NCBI GenBank assembly: GCA_964565705.1
Contig: CAZMGD010000003.1
Span: forward strand, 12,799-76,798
Direction: 5' to 3'
Source of the DNA: an uncultured Ilumatobacteraceae bacterium
GTDB lineage: Bacteria > Actinomycetota > Acidimicrobiia > Acidimicrobiales > Ilumatobacteraceae
DNA length: 64,000 bases
Each line of letters starts with the position of its first letter. The first letter of the stretch is position 1. Below, piece after piece: positions 35,936 through 45,523 of the stretch. The translations under genes were made by a program, and so were the position numbers. The notes under the pieces were generated by a model. That model was given only the letters and a program-made list of their open reading frames with translations. It was not told where the DNA came from and searched no databases.

Positions 35936-37133
35936 TGGCCCCGAGCCCGAACACCCGGCGGGCGTTGCCCGTCAGCACCCGGTCGCGATCGTCGGGGGAG
36001 AGGTGAGCGACCTGCCCGAGCAGCAGCTCCCGGGTGTGCGGCCAGCTGCTGTCGCCGTGGGGGTAGTCGCACTCCACCATCACGTTGCCGACGCCGATCT
36101 CCTCGATCGACGCCGCGCCGTGCCGATCGTCGATGAAGCACCCGAAGACGTGGTCGCGGAACAGCTCGCTCGGGCGGACATCCACCGAGCCGAGGTTGAA
36201 CGAGCCGGCGTCGACCGAGCCCATCCCGGTGAGGCCGAAGCCGGTGCCCGTCTTGAGGCGCGGTGCGTAGCGGTCGAACACGTAGTCGGCGCGCTCGAGG
36301 ATCGCCGGGATCCAGCCGATGCCGCCTTCGGACAGGCACAGCTTGAGGTTCGGGTAGCGGACGAACAGCCCGCTGTAGAGCCAGTCGGCGAGGGCCGAGG
36401 CAGCGAGGTTCGACGGCAGCGTCGCGACCACGAGCGGAGGTGCGTCGTCGCAGGTGTAGGGCAGCCTGGACGACGACCCGATGTGCGCGCACACCGGCAT
36501 GTTCGCCTCGGCGCAGGCGGCGAACACCGGATCCCAGTACTTGGTCCGGTCATGCACCGACGGGAGGCCGAGCGCGGCCGGGTTCTCCGAGAACGTGACC
36601 GCACGCGCTCCCTTGGCCGCGCAGCGCTCCACCTCGGCGAGCGCGAGCGACGCGTCCCACAGCGGGAGGATGATCATCGGGATCAGGCGACCGGGCACGG
36701 CCGCGCACCACTCGTCGATCATCCAGTCGTTGTAGGCGCGCACGCAGGCGAGGCCGAGCTCGCGGTCGGCCGCCTCGGTGAACTCCTGGCCGCAGAAGCG
36801 CGGGAACGACGGGAAGCAGAGCGACGCGTCGATGCCCGCCGCGTCGAGGTCGCGGACGCGTGCCTCGGGCTGGTAGCAGCCGGGACGTAGGTCTTCGTAG
36901 CGCTCCGGGAAGTCGACGAGGTCGCGCTTGCCCGACGCCGGGTCGAACAACCGCCCGCCGAGCTCGGCGAGCGGCTTGCGCTTGCGCTCGAAGCGCCACA
37001 CGATCGTGCCATCCTCCTCGACGGCGCGCGGGCACTCGTCGAGCCACTTGCGCGGCAGGCGACTCGTCCACACGTCGGGTGGCTCGACGACGTGATCGTC
37101 CACCGAGATCATCCGCACCTCGTCGATGCTCAC
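35925..37133 (-). CDS. Amidohydrolase-2 family metal-dependent hydrolase/decarboxylase (paralog of 7379..8599)
   Basis: Start GTG 37133 overlaps the upstream stop (GTGA), giving 402 aa. ISVDDHVVEPP, FPRFCGQ, AYNDWMIDEW, HIGSSS and ECDYPHGDSSWP are collinear with the paralog. Confidence 0.85.
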   Translation of the reverse strand: MSIDEVRMISVDDHVVEPPDVWTSRLPRKWLDECPRAVEEDGTIVWRFERKRKPLAELGGRLFDPASGKRDLVDFPERYEDLRPGCYQPEARVRDLDAAGIDASLCFPSFPRFCGQEFTEAADRELGLACVRAYNDWMIDEWCAAVPGRLIPMIILPLWDASLALAEVERCAAKGARAVTFSENPAALGLPSVHDRTKYWDPVFAACAEANMPVCAHIGSSSRLPYTCDDAPPLVVATLPSNLAASALADWLYSGLFVRYPNLKLCLSEGGIGWIPAILERADYVFDRYAPRLKTGTGFGLTGMGSVDAGSFNLGSVDVRPSELFRDHVFGCFIDDRHGAASIEEIGVGNVMVECDYPHGDSSWPHTRELLLGQVAHLSPDDRDRVLTGNARRVFGLGASDG

Positions 37134-38128
37134 CTGGTCGCGCCCTCCGTCAGCCCGAGGAACGCGCATGCGCTGCGCCTCCTGATCGTGTCGAGCGTGC
37201 CAACGTCGAGGCCCTCCTGTTCGGCGAGCGCGTCGAGCACGTAGCCGGGGCGCTCGGCGAAGAACGGGGCATCCGACCCGATCATCACCCGATCGGGCCC
37301 GACGAGGTCGACGAGGGCGCGCAAGGCCGCCGGCTCGTAGGTCAGCGTGTCGTACCACAGGGCCCGGGCCGCCGCGTACGGGGACGGGCTGCGTGCGGCG
37401 CGGGCCGCGTCGGTGTGCCAGAACGCCGCCATCCGGGGCAGGTGCATCGTGAACGTGCCGCCGCCATGGCTGGCGCCGAGGCGCAACCCCGGGCTCTGCT
37501 CGACCGCCCCGTTGGCGAGCAGCGCGGCGACGCAGGTGCCGATCTCGGGCGGGAAGTTCACCGCCGCCGACATCGGGGGGTCGGCCACGCAGCTCCAGTG
37601 CGGCGGGTGGAACGCGTGGACGAACACGCACAGACCGGCGGCGGCCGCCGCTCTGAAGAACGGCAGGAACGCCGGCGATCCGGCGCTGACGCCGTTCACG
37701 TTCGAGCCGATCTGGACGCCCACCAACCCCAGATCCCGCACCTGATCGAGCGCCTCGATCGCGGCGCCGACGTCCTGCAGGGGCACGGTGCCCAGACCGA
37801 CGAAGCGACGCTGGTCGGCGGCCACCATGGCCGCGATCGCCTCGTTGAGGGCGGCGCAGAAGCGCCGCCCGACCGCCGGCTCCGCCCAGTAGCTGAACAG
37901 CTCGGGCATCACCGACAGCGCCTGCACCTGCACGCCCGCTGCGTCCATCTCCACCAGGCGCGCCGCTGGATCCCACGCCGGCTGTGACACGGTGCGGAAC
38001 AGGGTTCCACCGACCAGCACGTCGGCCACGTCGTTCCGCTGGACCAGTGACGCGAACCGGTCGTCGTGCCCGAACGGCAGCCCCTCCGGCACCACATGCG
38101 TGTGGACGTCGATCACGATGGTGCTCAC
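37130..38128 (-). CDS. Amidohydrolase-2 family protein (ACMSD/LigW-like decarboxylase or lactonase type)
   Basis: IDVHTHVVP is near the N-terminus; also VFVHAFHPP and MIGSDAPF. GTG 38128 is chosen; GTG 38173 would sit inside the operator/promoter. Confidence 0.78.
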   Translation of the reverse strand: MSTIVIDVHTHVVPEGLPFGHDDRFASLVQRNDVADVLVGGTLFRTVSQPAWDPAARLVEMDAAGVQVQALSVMPELFSYWAEPAVGRRFCAALNEAIAAMVAADQRRFVGLGTVPLQDVGAAIEALDQVRDLGLVGVQIGSNVNGVSAGSPAFLPFFRAAAAAGLCVFVHAFHPPHWSCVADPPMSAAVNFPPEIGTCVAALLANGAVEQSPGLRLGASHGGGTFTMHLPRMAAFWHTDAARAARSPSPYAAARALWYDTLTYEPAALRALVDLVGPDRVMIGSDAPFFAERPGYVLDALAEQEGLDVGTLDTIRRRSACAFLGLTEGATR

Positions 38129-38163
38129 CCCCTCGGCGTCAATGTCGCATCGATGACAGGTGG

Positions 38164-38183
38164 TTGTCAACACGTTGATATTC
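38164..38183. promoter_or_regulatory. Type-2 AT-rich operator-like palindrome, site 2b (TTGTCAAC-AC-GTTGATATTC)
   Basis: Lies in the divergent region between the amidohydrolase operon (-) and the P450 operon (+). Confidence 0.6.
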
Positions 38184-38192
38184 CACTACGTT
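38164..38192 (+). promoter_or_regulatory. Candidate housekeeping-sigma promoter for the P450 operon (-35 TTGTCA, 17-nt spacer, -10 TACGTT)
   Basis: Hexamers read directly. The -10 fits the TAnnnT pattern. Lies 30 nt upstream of GTG 38222. Confidence 0.4.
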
Positions 38193-38221
38193 CAGCTCAT
38201 CGACGCTTCAAGGGGGGCACA

Positions 38222-39391
38222 GTGGCCGTCGTTTCGTTGAGCGATCCCGACTTCCTGCTCGATCCGTATCCGGCGATCGCCGAGCACCGCCACGAGGGGA
38301 TCGTCCCCAACCCGGATCAAGGCGGCTGGTGGGTGCTCGACTCCGAGGCGATCTGGTCGCTCATCCGCGACCCGCGCTCGGCCAGCGACCCGGAGCTGGC
38401 CGACCCCGACGCCCCGATCACCAAGGTGTTCAAGAACGGTCGGCTGTCGATCTTCTACATGGATCCGCCCGATCACACCCGCGTGCGCGGCTCGGTGAAG
38501 GCCGACTTCGCCCCCCGCCAGGTGGCCGACCTCGAGTCGACGATCGTCGCCACGGCGACCGAGATCCTCGACCGGTTGCCGGCCTCCGGGCGGATCGACG
38601 TCGCCGCGTCGTTCGGCGACGTGCTGCCGATGACGGTGATGAGCGACTTCCTCGGTGTGGAGCCCGAGCGCCGTGACGAGTTCCGCACCTGGACCCTGAC
38701 CCGGATCAAGGGCATGTTCAACCCGAAGCTCAACAACACGCCAGAGTTCATCGAGTCGACGGTCCGGCTGCGCCAGTACTTCTCGGAGCGGATCGGCGCA
38801 GCGGAGCGAGGGCCGGTGCCCGGCCTCGTCGGCCAGTTGGTGGCGAGCGGGGAACTGAGTCACGACGAGATGGTCGACCTGCTCGTGGTGATGCTCGGCG
38901 CCGGGATCATCACCACGGCCGACCTGATCTCCAACACCCTCCACGCGTTGCTCACCAACCCGGGTGAGTTGGCGGCGCTGTACGCAGACCGTGAACTGAT
39001 CCCGGCGGCGATCGAGGAGACGCTGCGCTTCGACTCGCCCGCGCTGTCGGCCGGCCGGATCCTGACCGAGGACCGCGAGATGTTCGGGCACCCCATCGCC
39101 GCGGGCACGTGGCTGAGGCTGATGACCGCCGCCGTCGGGCGCGATCCCGCTCGCAACCCGGATCCCGACCGATATTCGTTGCGTCGCGAACGACGCGAGC
39201 ACGTGGCGTTCGGTGGAGGGCTGCACCACTGCCTCGGCCTCCACCTGGGGAAGCTCGAAGCAGGTGTGGCGTTGGGCCTGCTCCTGGATCGGTACCCGTC
39301 CATGTCGCTCGCCGACATGCCCGATCCCGCGGTCCGGCGCATCGTTCCGGGGTTCCGAGGCTTCGACCACCTGTGGATCGAGGCGGCGTGA
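38222..39391 (+). CDS. Cytochrome P450
   Basis: Heme loop FGGGLHHCLGLHLG, EETLR (ExxR) and I-helix AGIITTA. GTG 38222 follows AAGGGGGG. Confidence 0.92.
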   Translation: MAVVSLSDPDFLLDPYPAIAEHRHEGIVPNPDQGGWWVLDSEAIWSLIRDPRSASDPELADPDAPITKVFKNGRLSIFYMDPPDHTRVRGSVKADFAPRQVADLESTIVATATEILDRLPASGRIDVAASFGDVLPMTVMSDFLGVEPERRDEFRTWTLTRIKGMFNPKLNNTPEFIESTVRLRQYFSERIGAAERGPVPGLVGQLVASGELSHDEMVDLLVVMLGAGIITTADLISNTLHALLTNPGELAALYADRELIPAAIEETLRFDSPALSAGRILTEDREMFGHPIAAGTWLRLMTAAVGRDPARNPDPDRYSLRRERREHVAFGGGLHHCLGLHLGKLEAGVALGLLLDRYPSMSLADMPDPAVRRIVPGFRGFDHLWIEAA

Positions 39392-40314
39392 GGATCGGGG
39401 TCAACGGCAACAAGTTCGTCGCCTCCGGTGATCTCGAGGCCGTCGCCGGGCTCGCCGCCGCGGTCGCCGACGCAGGGGTCGGTTCGTACTGGCTGGCCCA
39501 GCACCCCGCCGGCTCGCTGGACGCGATCACCGCGCTGGCCGTCATCGGCCAGCGACAGCCAGCCCTCTCGCTCGGGGTCGGGGTCGTGCCGGTCTGGGGC
39601 CGGCACCCGGCGGCGATGGCCGCCCAGGCGCTCACCGCCGCGCAGGCGGTGCCCGGCGGTCTGACCGTCGGGATCGGCCTGTCCCACCCGGCGATGGTCG
39701 GCGAGCACTACCGCGAGATGTACGGGCGCCCGACCCGGACCATGCGCGAGTACCTGGAGGTGCTCGTGCCGCTGGTCGTGGACGGCAAGGTGGAGCACCA
39801 CGGCGACGTCTACGACTGCACGGCGTCGGTGACCCTGGCCTCCGAGCGCCGCCCGACGATCCTCGTCGCCGCGATGGGCGAGCAGATGCTCGGGCTTGCC
39901 GGTCGCCTGGCCCACGGCACGATCACCTCGTGGACCGGGCCCAACACGCTGCGCGACCACATCGTCCCGACGATCACCCGGTCCGCGGCGGAGGCGGGCA
40001 ACCCGCCACCACGGATCGCCGCGATCTTCCAGGTCTGCGTCACCGACGAGGTGGAGGAGGCCCGCGAGTCGGTGCACCGGTGGTTCCTCTTCCACGGCAA
40101 GGCACCGTCGTACGAGGCGATGTTGGAGCGCGAGGGCGTCGCATCGGCCAGCGACGTCGCGATCATCGGGCACGAGGCGGACGTCCGACGGCGCATCCGC
40201 GAGCTGGCCGAGATCGGGGTCACCGACCTCGTCGTCGGCGAGGCGCTGGCACCCGGCGCGACCGACACCGCCCGCACCCGCTCCCTGCTCGCCGAGCTCG
40301 CCGCCGAGCTGTGA
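39388..40314 (+). CDS. Luciferase-like (LLM class) flavin/F420-dependent oxidoreductase
   Basis: GTG 39388 overlaps the P450 stop (GTGA), giving 308 aa. Motifs: SYWLAQH, LGVGVVPVWGRHP and ILVAAMG. Confidence 0.82.
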   Translation: MRIGVNGNKFVASGDLEAVAGLAAAVADAGVGSYWLAQHPAGSLDAITALAVIGQRQPALSLGVGVVPVWGRHPAAMAAQALTAAQAVPGGLTVGIGLSHPAMVGEHYREMYGRPTRTMREYLEVLVPLVVDGKVEHHGDVYDCTASVTLASERRPTILVAAMGEQMLGLAGRLAHGTITSWTGPNTLRDHIVPTITRSAAEAGNPPPRIAAIFQVCVTDEVEEARESVHRWFLFHGKAPSYEAMLEREGVASASDVAIIGHEADVRRRIRELAEIGVTDLVVGEALAPGATDTARTRSLLAELAAEL

Positions 40315-43300
40315 GCACCCACACCACCGACCAGCAGCGCGGCTATCGGCTGGAGGACCAGCTCGGTGCCGCCGACGGCGAGGTGACGATGAGCGGCGTG
40401 CACGCGCTGCTGCGGGCGCCGCTCGACACGGTGCGCGCGGATGCGGCCCTCGGGCGGCGGACGTCGGGCGTCGTGTGCGGTTACCGGGGCTCACCGCTCG
40501 GTACGGTCGACATCGCCTACGACACCCACCGTCGCACGCTGATGGACCACGACATCCGCTTCGTCAACGGTGTCAACGAGGACCTCGCCGCCACGCTGAT
40601 CTGGGGCACCCAGACGGCGCAGCGCGATCCGACGTGCACGGTCGACGGCGTGCTCGGCCTCTGGTACGGCAAGGCGCCCGGCCTCGACCGCTCCGGTGAT
40701 GCGCTGCGCCACGCCAACCTGTCGGGTGTGCCACCGACGGGCGGCGTCGTCGCCGCGGTCGGCGACGATCCAGAGTGCAAGTCGTCGACGGTGCCGTCGG
40801 CGACCGAGTGGACGCTCGCCGACCTGGCGATGCCGGCGCTGGTGCCGGCCACCGTGCAGGAGGTGCTCGACCTCGGCCGCCACGGCTACGAGCTGTCCCG
40901 CCGAAGCGGGTCGTGGGTCGGGCTGAAGATGCACGCCGACATCGCCGACGGCTACGCGACCGTCTCGGTCGGTCAGCCGCTCCCGTCGGTCGTGCCGTAC
41001 GAGAGGGATGGCTCGGCCTGGCGCGCCCACCTCGACGACCGGATGTTCGCGCCGTGGTCGATGCTGCTGGAGGAGGAGGCCATCGGGCCCCGCCTGGACG
41101 CCGCTCACCACTACGTCCGCGCCGCCGGTCTCGACGTCGTGCACGGACGCGGCGAGGCCCGCGTCGGCATCGTCGCCGCCGGCAAGTCATACGGCGACAC
41201 GGTGACCGCGCTCGGCGAGCTCGGGCTGACGCTGGACGACCTGGCGCGCCGTGGCGTCCGGTTCCTCAAGCCGGCGTTGGTGTGGCCGCTCGAACCCTCG
41301 ACCGTGCGCGAGTTCGCGACCGGCCTCAGCGAGATCGTCGTGGTCGAGGAGAAGCGGGCGTTCCTCGAGGAGCAGCTGCGCTCGATCCTCTACGGATCGC
41401 CCCAACCGCCGCGGATCTCGGGCAAGCGCGATCCGGACGGGCAGCGCCTCGTCCCTGCCGGCGGCGTGCTCGACATCGGCACCGTCGCATCCGCCCTGCG
41501 CCGCCGGTTGGAGACGTACCTCGGGGCCGACGTCTTGCGCGCACCGCGAACGCTGATCCCCGTCGATGCGTCGATCGAGATCCCGGCCCGGACGCCCTAC
41601 TTCTGCTCAGGGTGCCCGCACAACCGCTCGACCGTGGTGCCGGACGGATCGGTGGCCGGCGGCGGGATCGGCTGCCATGGCATGGCGCTGTTCACCCGCG
41701 AACGCGCCGTCGGGACGACGCAGATGGGGGGCGAGGGCGTGCAGTGGGTCGGCGCATCGCTGTTCAGCTCGGAGACCCACCGGTTCCAGAACATCGGCGA
41801 CGGCACGCTCGCCCATTCCGGCTTCCTCGCCGTCCGCCAGGCGGTCGCAGCCGGCACGAACGTGACGTTCAAGATCCTCGCCAACGGCGTCGTGGCGATG
41901 ACCGGCGGGCAGGAGGCAGCCGGTGCCCTGCCGATCCCGGCGCTGACCCGCCAGCTCGACGCCGAGGGCGTGGTCCGCATCGACGTCGTGACCGACGATC
42001 CATCGCGCTACGGCCGGGGTGCGCCGTTCGCCGACGGCGTTCGGGTGCACGACCGTCGAGAGCTGGATGCCGTGCAGCGCGAGCTGCGCGACGTCGGCGG
42101 GGTGACGGCGCTGATCTACGACCAGGCGTGCGCCGCCGACCTGCGCCGGGCCCGCAAGCGGGGCAAGGCTCCGACGCCGAACGTCCGGGTCGTGATCAAC
42201 GAGGCGGTCTGCGAGGGCTGCGGCGACTGCGGCGACGTGTCGAACTGCCTGAGCGTGCATCCCGTCGACACCCCGTTCGGGCGCAAGACCCGCATCCACC
42301 AGGACTCGTGCAACCTCGACATGAGCTGCATCGAGGGCGACTGCCCGGCGTTCGTCACGGTCACACCGCCGGGGCGGACGGCACGCCATCGGGCGGAACG
42401 GACCGACGTTCCCCAGAGCGTCGCGGAGCCGGTGCGACCGGCGTCGGCCGCCGTGCTCGTCGCCGGGATCGGTGGCACGGGCGTGGTGACGGTCGGTCAG
42501 GTGCTGTCGACGGCGGCAAACCTGGATGGGCTCGACGTCTCGAGCGTGGACCAGACCGGGATGGCCCAGAAGGGCGGTCCGGTCGTGTCGCACCTCCGGA
42601 TCGGCCCTGGTTCGGGCGACGGTGCGGCACGCCTCGAAGCCGGACGAGCGGATGCCTACCTCGTGTTCGATCTGCTGACCGGCGTCTCTCCGATCAACCT
42701 GGCCCGGCTCGACCCGGCTCGGACGCGGGCGGTGATCTCGACGTCGCAGGTGCCGACCGGAGCGATGGTCACCGACCTCCACCGCGAGTACCCACCGCTG
42801 CCGCCACTGTTGGCGCTGATCGAGGCTGCGTCCGTGCCCGGCGGCAACCTCGTGATCGACGCCGAGGCGGTAGCGCTGGAGCGCTTCGGGTCGCAGCCCG
42901 CCGCCAACCTGATCGTCGTCGGTGCCGCGTACCAGCGCGGATTGCTGCCGCAGTCGGCAGCGAGCATCGAGCGGGCGATCGAGCTGAACGGCGTCGCCGT
43001 CGAGCTCAATGTCGCCGCGTTCCGCCTCGGGCGTGAGATCGGTGCCGACCCGGCGCGCGCCGCCGTCGCAACCGCACGACCAGCGCCGCGCGTCACGGGA
43101 ACCGCCAGCCGGTTGATCGCCGACGTGGGCGGCGACACCGTGCTGGAGGATGTGCTGGGCTGGCGCGTGCCCGAGCTGATCGCGTACCAGGACGTGGCGT
43201 ACGCGACGCGCTATGTCGACGTGGTCGCCAGGGTTCGCGCCGCCGAGGTCGCGGCGGGTGCTTCGTCGAGCGACTTCTCGTCGACCGTCGCCCGCAACCT

Positions 43301-43781
43301 GTTCCACCTCATGGCCTACAAGGACGAGTACGAGGTCGCGCGGCTGCACGGTCGGGCCGCATGGCGCGACCAGCTCGACGAGGAGTTCGGGCGTGGATCG
43401 CGTGTGTCGTTCCATCTGCAACCACCGATTGCGACGCGCATCGGCCTCGACCGCAAGATCCAGCTCGGCGAGCGCACTGCCGGCCTGACGTTCGCGGCGT
43501 TGCGTCGGATGAAGAAGCTGCGCGGCACGAGCCTCGATCCGTTCGGCCGCACGCAGGAGCGGCGCGATGAGCGAGCGCTGATCGACGAGTACGTGCAGCT
43601 GGTCGACCGCCTGCTGCCGCTGCTCGCCACTCGCGCCGGAGACGCCGTGCGGATCGCCGGTCTGGTGGATTCGGTCCGCGGGTTCGCCCACGTCAAGCAG
43701 CGCAACCTGGATCGCTATCGCGAGGAGCTCGCCGCGGCCCTGGCCGCGCTCGACGTTCCCATCGGAGGGGAGGCTCCATGA
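40311..43781 (+). CDS. Indolepyruvate/2-oxoacid:ferredoxin oxidoreductase family protein (fused alpha-beta, ~1156 aa)
   Basis: GTG 40311 overlaps the LLM stop (GTGA). Motifs: GYRGSPLG, the TPP-domain GIGCHGM and two 4Fe-4S Cys motifs (CEGCGDCGDVSNC, CNLDMSCIEGDCP). Confidence 0.88.
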   Translation: MSTHTTDQQRGYRLEDQLGAADGEVTMSGVHALLRAPLDTVRADAALGRRTSGVVCGYRGSPLGTVDIAYDTHRRTLMDHDIRFVNGVNEDLAATLIWGTQTAQRDPTCTVDGVLGLWYGKAPGLDRSGDALRHANLSGVPPTGGVVAAVGDDPECKSSTVPSATEWTLADLAMPALVPATVQEVLDLGRHGYELSRRSGSWVGLKMHADIADGYATVSVGQPLPSVVPYERDGSAWRAHLDDRMFAPWSMLLEEEAIGPRLDAAHHYVRAAGLDVVHGRGEARVGIVAAGKSYGDTVTALGELGLTLDDLARRGVRFLKPALVWPLEPSTVREFATGLSEIVVVEEKRAFLEEQLRSILYGSPQPPRISGKRDPDGQRLVPAGGVLDIGTVASALRRRLETYLGADVLRAPRTLIPVDASIEIPARTPYFCSGCPHNRSTVVPDGSVAGGGIGCHGMALFTRERAVGTTQMGGEGVQWVGASLFSSETHRFQNIGDGTLAHSGFLAVRQAVAAGTNVTFKILANGVVAMTGGQEAAGALPIPALTRQLDAEGVVRIDVVTDDPSRYGRGAPFADGVRVHDRRELDAVQRELRDVGGVTALIYDQACAADLRRARKRGKAPTPNVRVVINEAVCEGCGDCGDVSNCLSVHPVDTPFGRKTRIHQDSCNLDMSCIEGDCPAFVTVTPPGRTARHRAERTDVPQSVAEPVRPASAAVLVAGIGGTGVVTVGQVLSTAANLDGLDVSSVDQTGMAQKGGPVVSHLRIGPGSGDGAARLEAGRADAYLVFDLLTGVSPINLARLDPARTRAVISTSQVPTGAMVTDLHREYPPLPPLLALIEAASVPGGNLVIDAEAVALERFGSQPAANLIVVGAAYQRGLLPQSAASIERAIELNGVAVELNVAAFRLGREIGADPARAAVATARPAPRVTGTASRLIADVGGDTVLEDVLGWRVPELIAYQDVAYATRYVDVVARVRAAEVAAGASSSDFSSTVARNLFHLMAYKDEYEVARLHGRAAWRDQLDEEFGRGSRVSFHLQPPIATRIGLDRKIQLGERTAGLTFAALRRMKKLRGTSLDPFGRTQERRDERALIDEYVQLVDRLLPLLATRAGDAVRIAGLVDSVRGFAHVKQRNLDRYREELAAALAALDVPIGGEAP

Positions 43782-44521
43782 CCACGGACGCACCGCGCGT
43801 CGCGCTCGTCACCGGCGCGGCCGGAGGCATCGGACGCGCCTATGCGCAGCGGCTGGCGAGCGACGGTCTCGTCGTCGCCGCGGTCGACCTCGTCGCGCCC
43901 GATGAGACCGTGGCGTCGATCGCCGCCACGGGGGGCACCGCGGACGCGTTCGTCGCCGACGTGACCGATCCCGCCGCTGTCGACGCGTGCGTCGCTGCGA
44001 TCGGCGCTCGGCTGGGTGCGCCGGCGGTGCTCGTCAACAACGTCGGCGTGTACCCGGTCACCACGTGGGATGACCTCACGTTGCAGGAGTTGCGACGGGT
44101 GTTCAGCATCAACCTCGAATCGGCGTTCCTCATGTGCAAGGCCTGCGTCCCGGCCATGCGCGATGCACGGTGGGGGCGGATCATCAACATCGCCTCGCGC
44201 ACGTTCTGGTTGCCGACCCCCGACATGGCGGCGTATCTGGCGAGCAAGGGGGCCGTGATCGGGCTCACCCGGGCGCTGGCGACGGAGCTGGGCGGGCACG
44301 GGATCACGGCGAACGTGGTCGCCCCTGGCCTGACCCGGACGGCCTCGATCGAGGCGATCACGGCGGACGCGGTCTTCGAGATGACGAAGAACATGCAGGC
44401 GATCAAGCGGACGCAACAACCCGACGACCTTGCCGGGCTCGTGTCGTTCCTCGCCTCCGATGACGCCGCGTTCATGACCGGGCAGACGGTCATGGTGGAC
44501 GGTGGCCTGATCCGCCTGTGA
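43778..44521 (+). CDS. SDR family oxidoreductase (FabG-like)
   Basis: ATG overlaps the IOR stop (ATGA). Motifs: ALVTGAAGGIGRAYA, NNVG and YLASKGAV. Confidence 0.9.
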   Translation: MTTDAPRVALVTGAAGGIGRAYAQRLASDGLVVAAVDLVAPDETVASIAATGGTADAFVADVTDPAAVDACVAAIGARLGAPAVLVNNVGVYPVTTWDDLTLQELRRVFSINLESAFLMCKACVPAMRDARWGRIINIASRTFWLPTPDMAAYLASKGAVIGLTRALATELGGHGITANVVAPGLTRTASIEAITADAVFEMTKNMQAIKRTQQPDDLAGLVSFLASDDAAFMTGQTVMVDGGLIRL

Positions 44522-44534
44522 GAGCATCAGGACA

Positions 44535-44555
44535 TTGATATCAAGTCGTTGACAT
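44535..44555. promoter_or_regulatory. Type-2 AT-rich operator-like palindrome, site 2c
   Basis: The plus strand reads TTGATATCAAG-TC-GTTGACAT; the minus strand reads ATGTCAAC-GA-CTTGATATCAA. Lies 54 nt upstream of ATG 44609. Confidence 0.6.
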
Positions 44556-44577
44556 GTATGGGGTCGATGAGTAGGTT
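44549..44577 (+). promoter_or_regulatory. Candidate housekeeping-sigma promoter (-35 TTGACA, 17-nt spacer, -10 TAGGTT)
   Basis: Hexamers read directly. The -35 lies inside operator site 2c. The GGGGAGG RBS follows. Confidence 0.45.
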
Positions 44578-44608
44578 CGCCGTAAGGGCATGACGGGGAG
44601 GTGACGCG

Positions 44609-45490
44609 ATGCAGCTGGGCTACGTGGGATCCACGGCGACGGATCTGCCGGCGTGGCGGGGGTACGCGACCGAGGTGCTCGGTCAGGAGATCACCCCGGA
44701 CAGCACCGACGAGGTGCTGTACCTCCGCGCCGACTTCCACCACCACCGGCTCGCGGTGCACGCCGGTGACACGGACGACGTCGCGTACGTCGGGTGGGAG
44801 CTGAACGACCCGGCGGATCTCGCCGCGCGGGTCGCGATCGTCGAGGCCGCTGGGGTCAGCGTGAAGCAGGGCACGCCAGAGGAGCTCGCCCTGCGGTGCG
44901 TGCTCGACCTGGCCTGGTTCGAGTGCCCGTTCTCCGGGGTGCGCACCGAGCTGTACATCGGACCCGAGGTGCACTTCCAGCCGCCGTTCCGGCCGAGCCG
45001 GGCGATCGGCGGCTTCGTGACCGGTGATCAGGGTCTCGGCCACCTCGTGCTGTACGCACCCGACATCGCCAACGCCGAACGCTTCTACGCGGACGTGCTC
45101 GGCTTCGCCACGAGCGACCGCGTGATCGTGCCGGGGCTCGGGCAGCTCGCCGCGTTCATGCACTGCAACACGCGCCACCACTCCCTCGGGTTGATGGCGA
45201 TCCCGGGCACGCCGCGGCGCATCCAGCACGTGATGTTCGAGGTCGCCGACATCGACACGGTGGGCACGACCTACGACATCTGTGCCGCACGCGAGATCAC
45301 GACGACGACGCTCGGTCGGCACCTGAACGACCACGCGTTCTCCTTCTACTTCCGCAACCCGTCGGGGTGGCACTTCGAGTACGGGTGGGGCCCGCGTTCG
45401 ATCGACCCGGCGACGTGGCGGATCGAGCACTTCAACGGGATCCGGCCGCAGGGCGAATGGGGCCACGACGGCCTCATGTCGATGGTCTGA
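44609..45490 (+). CDS. Type I (VOC-fold) extradiol dioxygenase, BphC/HsaC-like
   Basis: 293 aa with a two-domain VOC pattern: LGYVG, HHHRLAV, GLGHLVL, HHSLGL and NPSGWHFEYGWG. Confidence 0.85.
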   Translation: MQLGYVGSTATDLPAWRGYATEVLGQEITPDSTDEVLYLRADFHHHRLAVHAGDTDDVAYVGWELNDPADLAARVAIVEAAGVSVKQGTPEELALRCVLDLAWFECPFSGVRTELYIGPEVHFQPPFRPSRAIGGFVTGDQGLGHLVLYAPDIANAERFYADVLGFATSDRVIVPGLGQLAAFMHCNTRHHSLGLMAIPGTPRRIQHVMFEVADIDTVGTTYDICAAREITTTTLGRHLNDHAFSFYFRNPSGWHFEYGWGPRSIDPATWRIEHFNGIRPQGEWGHDGLMSMV

Positions 45491-45523
45491 CCCGACCACG
45501 CAGGCAAGGCCAAGGAGACCACC

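Noticed and set aside
38164-38183. Whether the type-2 sites are canonical KstR (TnnAACnnGTTnnA) or KstR2 (AnCAAGnnCTTGnT) boxes.
   Set aside because: Only site 2b has the AAC-NN-GTT core, and its flanking T/A positions do not fit. The other sites have CAAC/CAAG-NN-CTTG-type centres with different outer arms. They are treated as a distinct motif.
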